Source: Pseudomonadota bacterium (GTDB taxonomy: Bacteria; Pseudomonadota; Gammaproteobacteria; Pseudomonadales; Azotimanducaceae). Taken from it: 55,109 nucleotides of DNA. The stretch is from NCBI GenBank assembly GCA_027622495.1, contig JAQBYL010000001.1, positions 1 to 55,109 of the forward strand, written 5' to 3'. This document shows positions 19,402 to 27,731 of this stretch, one piece after another. Position 1 is the first letter of the stretch. Every line of letters starts with the position of its first letter. A model generated the notes under the pieces. That model was not told the origin of the DNA and did no database searches. It was given only the letters and a program-made list of their open reading frames with translations. The translations under genes were made by a program, and so were the position numbers.

Positions 19402-20334
19402 CTAAAAGTTTGACGCAACCTCTTCGCAGAACAACTGCGCAGGCTCGAGCGTATTGCGACCGAAAAACTCCATCACAAACATCGTGCAACCGAGATCGAT
19501 GTGCTTGCCGATTGCGTCGCAGCACTGGGCCGGGGTACCGGTGATCGCGATGGGCCCTTTGGGATCACCCATGTGGCCACCGAATATCTTCTGCGCCTGA
19601 TCGGCCATTGGTCCGGCCTCTGAATCAGTTGCCGCGATGGTCACCAGACACTGCTGGCTGACAGTGATTTCGTTGAAGTCCCGCGATACATCATCGCAAT
19701 GGCGTTTAAGGACCTCGACTTTCCGGCCCAGGTTTGCCTGATGGCCCGCCAGGTTGTTCCATATGTCTGCTTCCTGTGCTGCCAGTTTCAGGGTCACTTT
19801 TTCACCGGCCCCACCGATGAGCACAGGAATCTTGCGCGGTGGCTTTGGCTGGCAGACCACGTTCCGAGCCTGCACGTACCTACCCTCGAAGGTCACCTCG
19901 GGCTCATCCCCCCACATGCGCTTCAACAGCGTTACGGTTTCGGCAAGTTGAGCTAAACGTTCGGGTGTGGACAGGAACGGCACATTGAAGTCGGTAAATT
20001 CTCTGGGCATCCAGCCGGCGCCCAGACCGGCTATCACCCGCCCGCCGGCAATGTTGTCTGCGGTTGCAATCACCTTGCCGAGCTGTGCTGCATTGCGCAT
20101 TCCCGCAGGCGTAACAAGGGTGCCGATCTCAACGCGCTGCGTGATGGCGGCGAGGGCTGACACCATGGACCAGGCTTCGAGGATCGGTAACTGCGGAGAC
20201 TGCGGACCGTAAAGATGATCGCAGACCCAGATCGAATCAAAACCCATCTTCTCGAACGCCCGTGCGGAATCAGCCGCTGCGATCCAGGGTCGTTTGATCT
20301 GTGGAATCGTCACACCAAAATGGATGTTGGCCAT
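19402..20334 (-). CDS. Luciferase-like monooxygenase (LLM) class flavin/F420-dependent oxidoreductase
   Basis: 'FEKMGFDSIWVCDHL', 'GGRVIAGLGAGWMPREF' and 'RLAQLAETVTLLKRMW' are LLM signature blocks. Confidence 0.8.
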   Translation of the reverse strand: MANIHFGVTIPQIKRPWIAAADSARAFEKMGFDSIWVCDHLYGPQSPQLPILEAWSMVSALAAITQRVEIGTLVTPAGMRNAAQLGKVIATADNIAGGRVIAGLGAGWMPREFTDFNVPFLSTPERLAQLAETVTLLKRMWGDEPEVTFEGRYVQARNVVCQPKPPRKIPVLIGGAGEKVTLKLAAQEADIWNNLAGHQANLGRKVEVLKRHCDDVSRDFNEITVSQQCLVTIAATDSEAGPMADQAQKIFGGHMGDPKGPIAITGTPAQCCDAIGKHIDLGCTMFVMEFFGRNTLEPAQLFCEEVASNF

Positions 20335-20504
20335 TGTCTCCCCCTAAAGAGTGTCTGCTTGTGCCGTGACTACTCTAATCAATTTTACCGGAATCTGCTC
20401 GGGTCCGGCACACCCACCAGGTTGTTGCGCGCAGGTTGCAGCGACAGCGGCCGGGTTTGTGTTCAGAATGCCTGTCTTCAAGGCTGGTTTTAAGGGTGAA
20501 CCCA

Positions 20505-21650
20505 ATGGCTTTTCCGCTCAAAGGCATCAAAGTTCTCGACATGTCCCGTGTTCTGGCCGGTCCGTTTGCCGGTCGGATGCTCTGCGACCTGGGCGCGGAT
20601 GTGGTCAAGCTGGAGCCGCCAGAAGGCGACATCACCCGGATGTGGGGGCGTAAGGTGGCCGGTATATCCGGGTACTACCATCAACAGAATGCCGGCAAAC
20701 GGAATATCTCGGTGGACCTGCGTTCACCTCTTGGTGCGCAACTGGTGAAGGCGCTGGTCGAGCAGGCCGACGTCCTGATCGAGAATTTCCGCCCCGATGT
20801 GATGGGCCGTCTGGGCCTCGATTACCCGACACTTGAGCGCATCAACCCAAGACTGATCATGCTGTCGATATCCGGGTTTGGAAAGAACAATGCAGACAGC
20901 CGGCGGGCAGCTTATGCACCGGTCATTCATGCAGAGACGGGTCTCGTCCATCGGCAGGCATTCATTTCAAACGCCTTCCCCGCCGAAATGGCCTTGTCGA
21001 TAGCCGACACCAATGCCTCGCTGCATGGTTTGGTTGCACTGTTGGCGGCCTTGTTTGCGCGGGTGTCGAGCGGCCATGGTGAACACATCGATCTTGCAAT
21101 GGTCGACGCAACCGTTGTTACCAACGACGGGATGCATGTGGCGTTGGACGGTGGCAAACAGCTTGTTACCAATGAAGTGCACGAAACAGCTGCGGGTCTT
21201 CTGATGCTGGCCGGTGAATTCCGATTCATCTGGAGCCAGCTCAGTAAAGTATTCGGTCTGAGTGACGGTTTGACCGGAGAGCCTGCGCTCGAAGAAAAGA
21301 TTTCGGCAAGGCGCGCAGCGTCAAAGTATTTTTTTACGGTGACCTGTCGCGACAGAAAAGGGGTGATCGAGGCGCTCGACAAGATGAACATTGCCTGGGG
21401 CGATGTGCGGCCAGCCAGCGACATATCGAAACTGGCGAGCGTACAGGCACGCAAGACCATTACTCAGATTGACGATCGGGATGGAGGCACGCGGCCGACT
21501 ACACAATCGCCTTATCACTTTCTGCACTATGAAGCGCGAGTGCAGGGAGGAGCGCCACATCTGGGTGAGCACAATAGCGTTGTCCTGTCGGACTGGCTCG
21601 GGTGGGATGAACAGAGGATCTCGGAATACCAGCCAATACTGGTTAGTTAA
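20505..21650 (+). CDS. Family III CoA-transferase homolog with Ala at the catalytic Asp position
   Basis: 'LKGIKVLDMSRVLAGPFAGRMLCDLGADVVKLEPP' and 'ISGFGKNNADSRRAAYAPVIHAETG' are present. The Ala codon is at 20916-20918, at the same residue offset as the Asp of the 13705 paralog. Confidence 0.85.
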   Translation: MAFPLKGIKVLDMSRVLAGPFAGRMLCDLGADVVKLEPPEGDITRMWGRKVAGISGYYHQQNAGKRNISVDLRSPLGAQLVKALVEQADVLIENFRPDVMGRLGLDYPTLERINPRLIMLSISGFGKNNADSRRAAYAPVIHAETGLVHRQAFISNAFPAEMALSIADTNASLHGLVALLAALFARVSSGHGEHIDLAMVDATVVTNDGMHVALDGGKQLVTNEVHETAAGLLMLAGEFRFIWSQLSKVFGLSDGLTGEPALEEKISARRAASKYFFTVTCRDRKGVIEALDKMNIAWGDVRPASDISKLASVQARKTITQIDDRDGGTRPTTQSPYHFLHYEARVQGGAPHLGEHNSVVLSDWLGWDEQRISEYQPILVS

Positions 21651-21708
21651 CTGAGGTCAGCGCCAGAGGGTTGCTTAGCTGCAGATTGCCCTGGCGCTTA
21701 CCTGTGAT

Positions 21709-22074
21709 TCAACCGATGGTGGTTTTGATCCAGTCCTTAACCGAGGCGAAGCCTCGCGGAGACGCATTGACACCATCGCAGTAGAGTTCCTTACCATCGC
21801 GGCGGATGATCAGGGTCCACTCTTCACCATCAACCACATCAGGGTTGCCGTAGTGACGTTGCCAATTCCATGCATGCAGCCGATCGAGCAGTGCCCAGAG
21901 CCCGGCCCAACTCTCTGACGGAACAGGAACGACTCGCTGTGCACCGTCCTGGTACACGACGAGCACGCCATCCTGCCAGTTCAATGATGTTTCGTGGAAC
22001 CCTGGCAAGCCTAACAGCCAGAATTCAAAAGCTTCAGGCTCCACCGAATCACTCGTGTTCACATCGGGTTCCAT
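21709..22074 (-). CDS. Hypothetical protein (121 aa)
   Basis: Clean ORF with balanced, Trp-rich composition. No motif was recognised. It is followed by about 400 bp of non-coding DNA upstream. Confidence 0.4.
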   Translation of the reverse strand: MEPDVNTSDSVEPEAFEFWLLGLPGFHETSLNWQDGVLVVYQDGAQRVVPVPSESWAGLWALLDRLHAWNWQRHYGNPDVVDGEEWTLIIRRDGKELYCDGVNASPRGFASVKDWIKTTIG

Positions 22075-22484
22075 TGGGAAAATGCTTCCTGTTGAGCGGC
22101 TACTCGCGCCACTTCCTTGTGAGGGGGGTTGGGAGGGGGAAAGTCGCAGGCGTTTGTAAATGCCAGCGCGCAGTGATTAGATCATTGCCAGGAGGCGGCT
22201 TGAGGCGAGCCGCGCAGGAAGATCGATGCGGTGAACAAAGACACCAGCTAAAACACATTTCGTCGCGAACGCAATGTTGTACAGAAGTCTGAGTGTACAT
22301 CGCGCATTTGAGCCCGCCAAGACTGTTAACAGGCCCTTTTAGACGGGTTTTGCACCCAGGTAGCACATCGGATGCAGACAAGCGCACATCTTTCGTGACA
22401 ATGCAGTTGGCGATCAGATTGCACGATCAGCACGTAAACATGTCGCTCGTGTCTTAACCGAAACTTAAACGACAGGACATGTTT

Positions 22485-23240
22485 TCAGCGCCTGCGAAAC
22501 CACAGCATGACACCAGTAAGACACATGTATAAAAGGCAAATGGCTGTGATGTCTGCGATATAGCGGCCTGCAGTGGGCAGGATGCGACCACTGTGCAGAT
22601 CAAGCAGCACCCTCTCCCAGTTGAGCGCCTGACCCAGGGCAGCGGCACCAAGTTGTTGAGTCTGCTCTTTAGTCGGGATCACCGGCCTGGACCATGAAAT
22701 ATCCATCGGTTCAATAACCACAGAAGACAACGTCATGTGATGCGGATCCAGATCAACATAACCTTTCTGGGTGGCAACAATGATGCGCTGACCGTCGGTT
22801 CCGAGATGTATCATCGGACCTGCCATGTCAGGTGCGAAGCGTTCTACAAGAGCTGCGTCAACACTGGTTAGAAAGAACTCGTTGCTGGTCGCGGCGATAA
22901 GGCCGCCATCAAAGATGGCGGCACCAATCAACGGATCTGCATTTTTCGCGAGTTCCGTCCCGTCTGCGAACAGGATCTGTTCAGATGTTGCGAACAACAC
23001 GCCACCGGCTGTGAAAGCTGAGCTGATCGGTGGTGGTTCTACATTGTAGATGCGCAACAACCACCCTGGTGCTGCATGCCGCGACATGCCCAGGGTGTCT
23101 GCGTGATTGAGAATTAATCCACTTGCCGAAATCAGAATCAGAAATACCAGCGAACTCAGGCCCAGAACACGGTGCGTACGGGTAGTCCAGTGTCTGGGTC
23201 CTTGCGGTTCAGTCTGGTTTTGCACGTCTGGTGTACTCAT
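22485..23240 (-). CDS. PepSY-associated transmembrane protein
   Basis: Start chosen at the ATG at 23240 (MSTPDVQ...). N-terminal TM 'LGLSSLVFLILISASGLILNH'. The C-terminal 'LDLHSGRILPTAGRYIADITAICLLYMCLTGVMLWFRRR' is typical of the PepSY_TM family. It overlaps the upstream gene by 32 nt. Confidence 0.7.
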   Translation of the reverse strand: MSTPDVQNQTEPQGPRHWTTRTHRVLGLSSLVFLILISASGLILNHADTLGMSRHAAPGWLLRIYNVEPPPISSAFTAGGVLFATSEQILFADGTELAKNADPLIGAAIFDGGLIAATSNEFFLTSVDAALVERFAPDMAGPMIHLGTDGQRIIVATQKGYVDLDPHHMTLSSVVIEPMDISWSRPVIPTKEQTQQLGAAALGQALNWERVLLDLHSGRILPTAGRYIADITAICLLYMCLTGVMLWFRRR

Positions 23241-23757
23241 CGAGCACCAGTGCGAGGTTTGCACTGCGGGTCGCCGCGTTGACAGACAGGGTAGCACCGC
23301 TGATCGCGTCGATGCGATGACTGAGCGATCCGCTGTCGGTGAGGTGCAGTTGGGAAAACTGGCGGGTAAAGAACGGGTAGCGGATTTCCCACCCACGGCT
23401 CTCGCGGAATTCCATAACACGCAGAGCCTGTATTTTTTCCTGATCCACCACAACACCGAATGTAATTGGTTGATCTTTGCCGATCTCGTCAATGATCCAT
23501 GCAGTTCTTGCATGCTCAAACCAGTAACGTAAACGCAACATTGCAGGCGGATGGCCAAGCACACCGGTGACGGTCTTGCGCAGTTCATCATCGATCCAGA
23601 TCACGCCGCTGGGCGGACTGTCGGACCCGAAAGTCTCTTTCAGAAAATCCGCCCGGGTCTGATAACGACCCATATCGCTGGTGGCAGATGCCACTAACGT
23701 CAACAACAGCAGACCCGCACAAGCGGGTAGAACCCTTCTGAGTATTCGTCTTGCCAC
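23209..23757 (-). CDS. Exported FMN-binding domain protein with an ApbE-type flavinylation motif
   Basis: Signal peptide 'LPACAGLLLLTLVASA'. 'DAISGATLS' (23290-23310) matches the D-x-x-[ST]-G-A-T FMN attachment motif of NqrC/RnfG-type domains. The GTG start overlaps the porin stop by 1 nt. Confidence 0.75.
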   Translation of the reverse strand: MARRILRRVLPACAGLLLLTLVASATSDMGRYQTRADFLKETFGSDSPPSGVIWIDDELRKTVTGVLGHPPAMLRLRYWFEHARTAWIIDEIGKDQPITFGVVVDQEKIQALRVMEFRESRGWEIRYPFFTRQFSQLHLTDSGSLSHRIDAISGATLSVNAATRSANLALVLDEYTRRAKPD

Positions 23758-25055
23758 TAAAACTGGTAGCCAAGACCAAGATCAAAGCCAAAGAAGTCGC
23801 GGCCTTCTTCGCTGCTCAGATCGTGTTCCCGCTGCCTGATGTCGAGTTTGAAAACCACGTTGTCTAACGGCCAGAAATTCAAGCCCACCTCATTCTGTGT
23901 GAACTGATCCTGCCGACGTGCGGCGTCTACTTCCTCATAGCGGCCGTAGATGCCCCAGTTGCCGTAGTCGGACGCGAAAAGATAGCTTGGTTCGATGAAC
24001 CAGCCGGTCTGGATGTCTGCGCCGGCTGCCTTGACAGCCGAGCCTTCAAACTCCCAACGGGCGTAAACCCCTTTCAGCGTAAAAGCGCCGATGCTGTAGG
24101 CAGCATTCGCAGAAAACAGTTGCCCTTCGTCGAGGCCATCGCCGCTGATCTGACTTGCGTCGGCTTGATACTGATACGTCATGCCGAGATTCAACCCGGG
24201 AATTCCGCTATAGCGCACGCGAGCTGTGTAGGCTGGATCGCTCGCGTTGGCTTCGGCCACTTTCTGACGACCGCTTCTGACAACGAACGCGTTTGAACCC
24301 TGAGTCGGGATTGCGAGACCCGAATGCACAGCGAAGTCCCAGCTCAACCCATTTTCAAAGTGGCCAGTCAGCGCGCCGCCTGCTTCCCACCAGGTTGACG
24401 GAATGATGACGCTCTCCACCGAATTACGTTCGACGCCGTAAAAAGTCGGCGGCTCATGGGTTTCGTTCAGCATGCCGATGGGCAGCAGGAACAACCCTGC
24501 TTTTGCTGATAGCTGATCGGTCAGGCTGAAGTCGAGGTAGGCCTGCTCAAGCTCGACTTCGCCAGGCTTGCCGTCGCCCGCGAGAGAATGTTCCAGTTCG
24601 AGCTCAGAGAAAAAGCGAATGCGATCAGAAAATTCATGACTGAAAAACAACACGAAGCGATGAAAATCCACCTGGTCGAGATCGCGTGAACTGTCATCGG
24701 CGTCGAGATTGTTGTAGTGCAGCTCGCCATAGCCGCCAACATGGGTTTTGGTGAGCGCCGCAGGTGCTGCAATCGAATCCAGAAACTCTCCGGTTGCTTC
24801 TACTTTCTGATCAGTAGCAGCCAACTGAGCGTCAGCCTGAGCGAGTTTGCGGTCGGTTTCTGCGATCTTCTGATCGGCCACGGTGAGTTTCTCATCCGCC
24901 TGGGCAAGCTGTTGCTTCAGCTGATTGATCTCCTGCTGCTGTTGCTGGACGATTGCCCAGATAGCCTCAGTGGTCGGTGTTTCCGACCACGCGGGAGCAG
25001 CCGCGACCAGCACTGCCAGACCGAGCAAGAACGGGTAAACCTTCATTGTTTTCAA
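23757..25055 (-). CDS. Outer-membrane porin-like beta-barrel with an N-terminal coiled-coil
   Basis: Signal peptide 'LLGLAVLVAAAPAWS'. A heptad-repeat segment covers residues about 30-90. The rest has alternating aromatic/polar beta-strand character and ends in 'LGLGYQF' (C-terminal Phe). Confidence 0.7.
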   Translation of the reverse strand: MKTMKVYPFLLGLAVLVAAAPAWSETPTTEAIWAIVQQQQQEINQLKQQLAQADEKLTVADQKIAETDRKLAQADAQLAATDQKVEATGEFLDSIAAPAALTKTHVGGYGELHYNNLDADDSSRDLDQVDFHRFVLFFSHEFSDRIRFFSELELEHSLAGDGKPGEVELEQAYLDFSLTDQLSAKAGLFLLPIGMLNETHEPPTFYGVERNSVESVIIPSTWWEAGGALTGHFENGLSWDFAVHSGLAIPTQGSNAFVVRSGRQKVAEANASDPAYTARVRYSGIPGLNLGMTYQYQADASQISGDGLDEGQLFSANAAYSIGAFTLKGVYARWEFEGSAVKAAGADIQTGWFIEPSYLFASDYGNWGIYGRYEEVDAARRQDQFTQNEVGLNFWPLDNVVFKLDIRQREHDLSSEEGRDFFGFDLGLGYQF

Positions 25056-25232
25056 AGGATGATTCAGAACCAGCGATGTTAATGCGATCTATTATCATAA
25101 TGCAAATCATTCTCATTTAACTTTTCAGCGTCTGTGGCGAGTCTTATCAACTGCGCCGCCGGTTGGGTGTTTCCCGCGCTTCGGCTAGTGTGTGTACCTG
25201 ACTCAAAACAAACCAGCAGGCCAGGAAAACCG

Positions 25233-27620
25233 ATGACCGAGGAAATTGCACAAGAAGTCCGCCTCACCCCTGAACAGGCGCGTTGGCGCTGCCGGGGCAA
25301 TGAACTGGGTTTCAGTTCCACCGCCGATCTATCACCGGAACATCAGATTCTGGGTCAGGAAGAAGCCGTTGAGGCGCTGCAGTTCGGGCTTGAAAGCCGC
25401 AGTCACGGAAATAATGTTTTTGTGCGGGGTCTTTCGGGTTTTGGCCGTATGTCGCTCATCCATCAGTTGATCGAACAGGGCATACCTGACGGTAAGGTCG
25501 CGCCGGATCGCTTATATGTTTTCAATTTCCAGTTTCCGGATCAGCCTGCGTTGATGAGTCTACCGGCAGGGACCGGTGCGGCTTTTCGCATCGAGATGGA
25601 CAAATTTGCCGACTTTGCCGAAAAAGAACTGCCGGTTTATCTGTCATCTGATCGCATCAAGGCAAAGCAGAAAGACATCGCCAGTCGGACACAGCAGGAA
25701 ATCCAGAAAATCGGCACACCCTTTGAAGCCGAGTTGAAGGAACAGGGTCTGGTGATGGTGCCGATGCAGATCGGTCAGAACATGGTGCCGGTCATTCTTC
25801 CTCTGATCAACGACAAGCCTGCGCAGTTTGAAGAGGTTCAAGCGCTGCGCACAGAAGGTAAGTTACTGCAGGAAGACTACGACCAGCTCGTGCAGAAAAT
25901 AGGTGAGTACGAACAGAAATTTGGTGAGATAGCGCAGGATATCGCCGCTGTTCAAACCTCGAATAACCAGTCGATTCAGAAGCTTGTAAAAGACGAAGCC
26001 AATCTTTATGTCGGTTCGCAGATTCAATCGATCAAAAAGCGGTTTTCTGAACCACGCGTGCATGAGTTCCTGGATCAGGTAGTTGAAGATCTGATTGATA
26101 AACAGATGTTCGATCAGGCTGGGATCAACGCCCGCCGTTATCGGGTGAATCTGGTTCGGTCCCGGAACCCGAGCGAGGGTAATCCGGTTATCAGTCAACG
26201 GAACCCGACGCTTACTAACCTCGTTGGAAAAATCGACCGTGAGTTTGGCGAAACCGCGATGTCGGTTCGATCTGATCACCTGATGGTCAAGCCTGGGGAT
26301 CTGCTTGAAGCAGATGGTGGTTATCTGATCCTCGACGCTCAGGACATCCTGAGTGAGCCAGGTGCCTGGGCGGTTCTGCTGCGAACGCTGAAGACCGGGA
26401 TGTTCGAAGTCACCAACGCTGACCCGTTTGGGATGTGGGCCACCCCGCAGATCAGACCGGAAATGATCGATGTGGATTTAAAGGTCGTGCTGGTCGGTGA
26501 CCCGGATGTCTACTACCTGCTTGATGCCCATGAACCCAGGTTTGCGCGTTTGTTCAAAGTGCTGGCTGATTTCAGCGAGACCATTGCACGGGATGCTGAC
26601 GGCAAGCGTGCCTATGGCAACGTGGTGGCGCGAGTTGTTGAAGCTGATGAGCTGTTGCACTTTTCTGCTGATGCCGTTGCTGAGTTGATCGAGCATGGCG
26701 CACGCATCTGTGCACAGAAGGGTCGGTTGACCAGCCGTTTTGGTCGTGTCGCTGATGTCGCTCGCGAAGCTGCGTTCCTGGCTAAGAAGGCCGGGAAGTC
26801 ATTGAGTGGGAATGACGACGTCATCGAGAGCGTTCGTCGTTCAAAGCGACGTGCAGAAATACCCGCGCTGCGATTTCGTCGAATGGTTGCTGAACGGACA
26901 TTGCTCATCGATGTGAAAGGCCGGGCGGTCGGCCAGGTGAATGGTCTGGCGGTTACTTCTGCAGGCCCGCTTACTTATGGCTTCCCGACCAGAATTACCG
27001 CATCAATCGGTCCGGGCACTGCCGGGGCGGTCAATATTGAAAGGGAGTCCGACTTGAGTGGATCGGTCCACACCAAGGGTTTCCTTATCTTGAGTGGTTT
27101 ATTGCGCCAAGCGTTGGATCTCAAACATCCCATGGCCTTCTCAGCTTCTATTGCGTTCGAACAGACATATGGGGGCATCGATGGAGATTCGGCATCCGGT
27201 GCTGAGTTCTGCTGTCTGATCAGTGCCCTCACGAACATGCCGATCCGCCAGGACCTGGCCATGACGGGTGCAGTGGATCAGAAAGGCAATGTATTGCCGA
27301 TTGGTGCGGCCACAGAAAAAATCGAAGGTTTTTTTGATGCATGCCAGGCGTTGGAATATACCGGCACACAGGGTGTGATTATTCCCGCAGCCAATGCCGG
27401 TGAGTTGATGGTGAGGCATGATGTTGTTGCGGCCGTTGAGGCTGGCACCTTCAATATTTTTGCTGTTTCCAGAATAGATCAGGCTCTGGCGTTACTGCTG
27501 GATCATTCACCCGGTGAATTCGGCAGCAGAAGCTATACCGAAGGGTCGATCCTTTCGCTTGCACAGCAGCGTGCACACGAATTCTGGGAGACTGCGAGCG
27601 CCGCACACAAGTCAGACTGA
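25233..27620 (+). CDS. Lon-like (LonC/COG1067-type) protease with degenerate AAA+ motifs
   Basis: The Walker A position reads 'GLSGFGRMS' (25428-25454). There is a long helical insertion. The Walker B position reads 'GGYLILDAQD'. The C-terminal S16 protease domain has 'DGDSASGAE' (Ser codon 27189-27191) and 'GAATEKIEGF'. Confidence 0.85.
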   Translation: MTEEIAQEVRLTPEQARWRCRGNELGFSSTADLSPEHQILGQEEAVEALQFGLESRSHGNNVFVRGLSGFGRMSLIHQLIEQGIPDGKVAPDRLYVFNFQFPDQPALMSLPAGTGAAFRIEMDKFADFAEKELPVYLSSDRIKAKQKDIASRTQQEIQKIGTPFEAELKEQGLVMVPMQIGQNMVPVILPLINDKPAQFEEVQALRTEGKLLQEDYDQLVQKIGEYEQKFGEIAQDIAAVQTSNNQSIQKLVKDEANLYVGSQIQSIKKRFSEPRVHEFLDQVVEDLIDKQMFDQAGINARRYRVNLVRSRNPSEGNPVISQRNPTLTNLVGKIDREFGETAMSVRSDHLMVKPGDLLEADGGYLILDAQDILSEPGAWAVLLRTLKTGMFEVTNADPFGMWATPQIRPEMIDVDLKVVLVGDPDVYYLLDAHEPRFARLFKVLADFSETIARDADGKRAYGNVVARVVEADELLHFSADAVAELIEHGARICAQKGRLTSRFGRVADVAREAAFLAKKAGKSLSGNDDVIESVRRSKRRAEIPALRFRRMVAERTLLIDVKGRAVGQVNGLAVTSAGPLTYGFPTRITASIGPGTAGAVNIERESDLSGSVHTKGFLILSGLLRQALDLKHPMAFSASIAFEQTYGGIDGDSASGAEFCCLISALTNMPIRQDLAMTGAVDQKGNVLPIGAATEKIEGFFDACQALEYTGTQGVIIPAANAGELMVRHDVVAAVEAGTFNIFAVSRIDQALALLLDHSPGEFGSRSYTEGSILSLAQQRAHEFWETASAAHKSD

Positions 27621-27731
27621 CATGAGCGAGCGAGGCTGCTCGCGAGTTTACCCATAAGCAGATCTACCAGTGGTTTGTCGTCCTGCGCGCATGCTAAAAA
27701 AGCAGCTTCACCTGCTACACTTCAAGAACCT

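Noticed and set aside
21659-21698. Imperfect inverted repeat (AGCGCCAG-A-GGG ... CCCTGGCGCT) between the convergent genes 20505..21650 and 21709..22074, considered as a terminator.
   Set aside because: The stem is bulged, the loop is 18 nt and there is no U-tract. This is too weak to call.
22075-22484. A 410-bp non-coding gap between the hypothetical gene and the PepSY operon, inspected for a riboswitch, sRNA, repeats or a missed small gene.
   Set aside because: I could find no conserved riboswitch core, extended inverted repeat or tandem repeat by eye. The listed ORFs (22100..22387 -, 21870..22292 +) have implausible composition. It probably holds a promoter and terminator only.
25233-27620. 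Interpreting the Lon-like protease as BrxL of a BREX system.
   Set aside because: No brxA/B/C, pglX methyltransferase or pglZ genes are in the vicinity. The degenerate Walker motifs and helical insertion fit LonC-type proteins better.
27626-27643. Short hairpin GCGAGC-GAGGCT-GCTCGC after the Lon-like gene.
   Set aside because: The stem is only 6 bp and the following T-run (GAGTTTA) is short. It is not distinguishable from chance.
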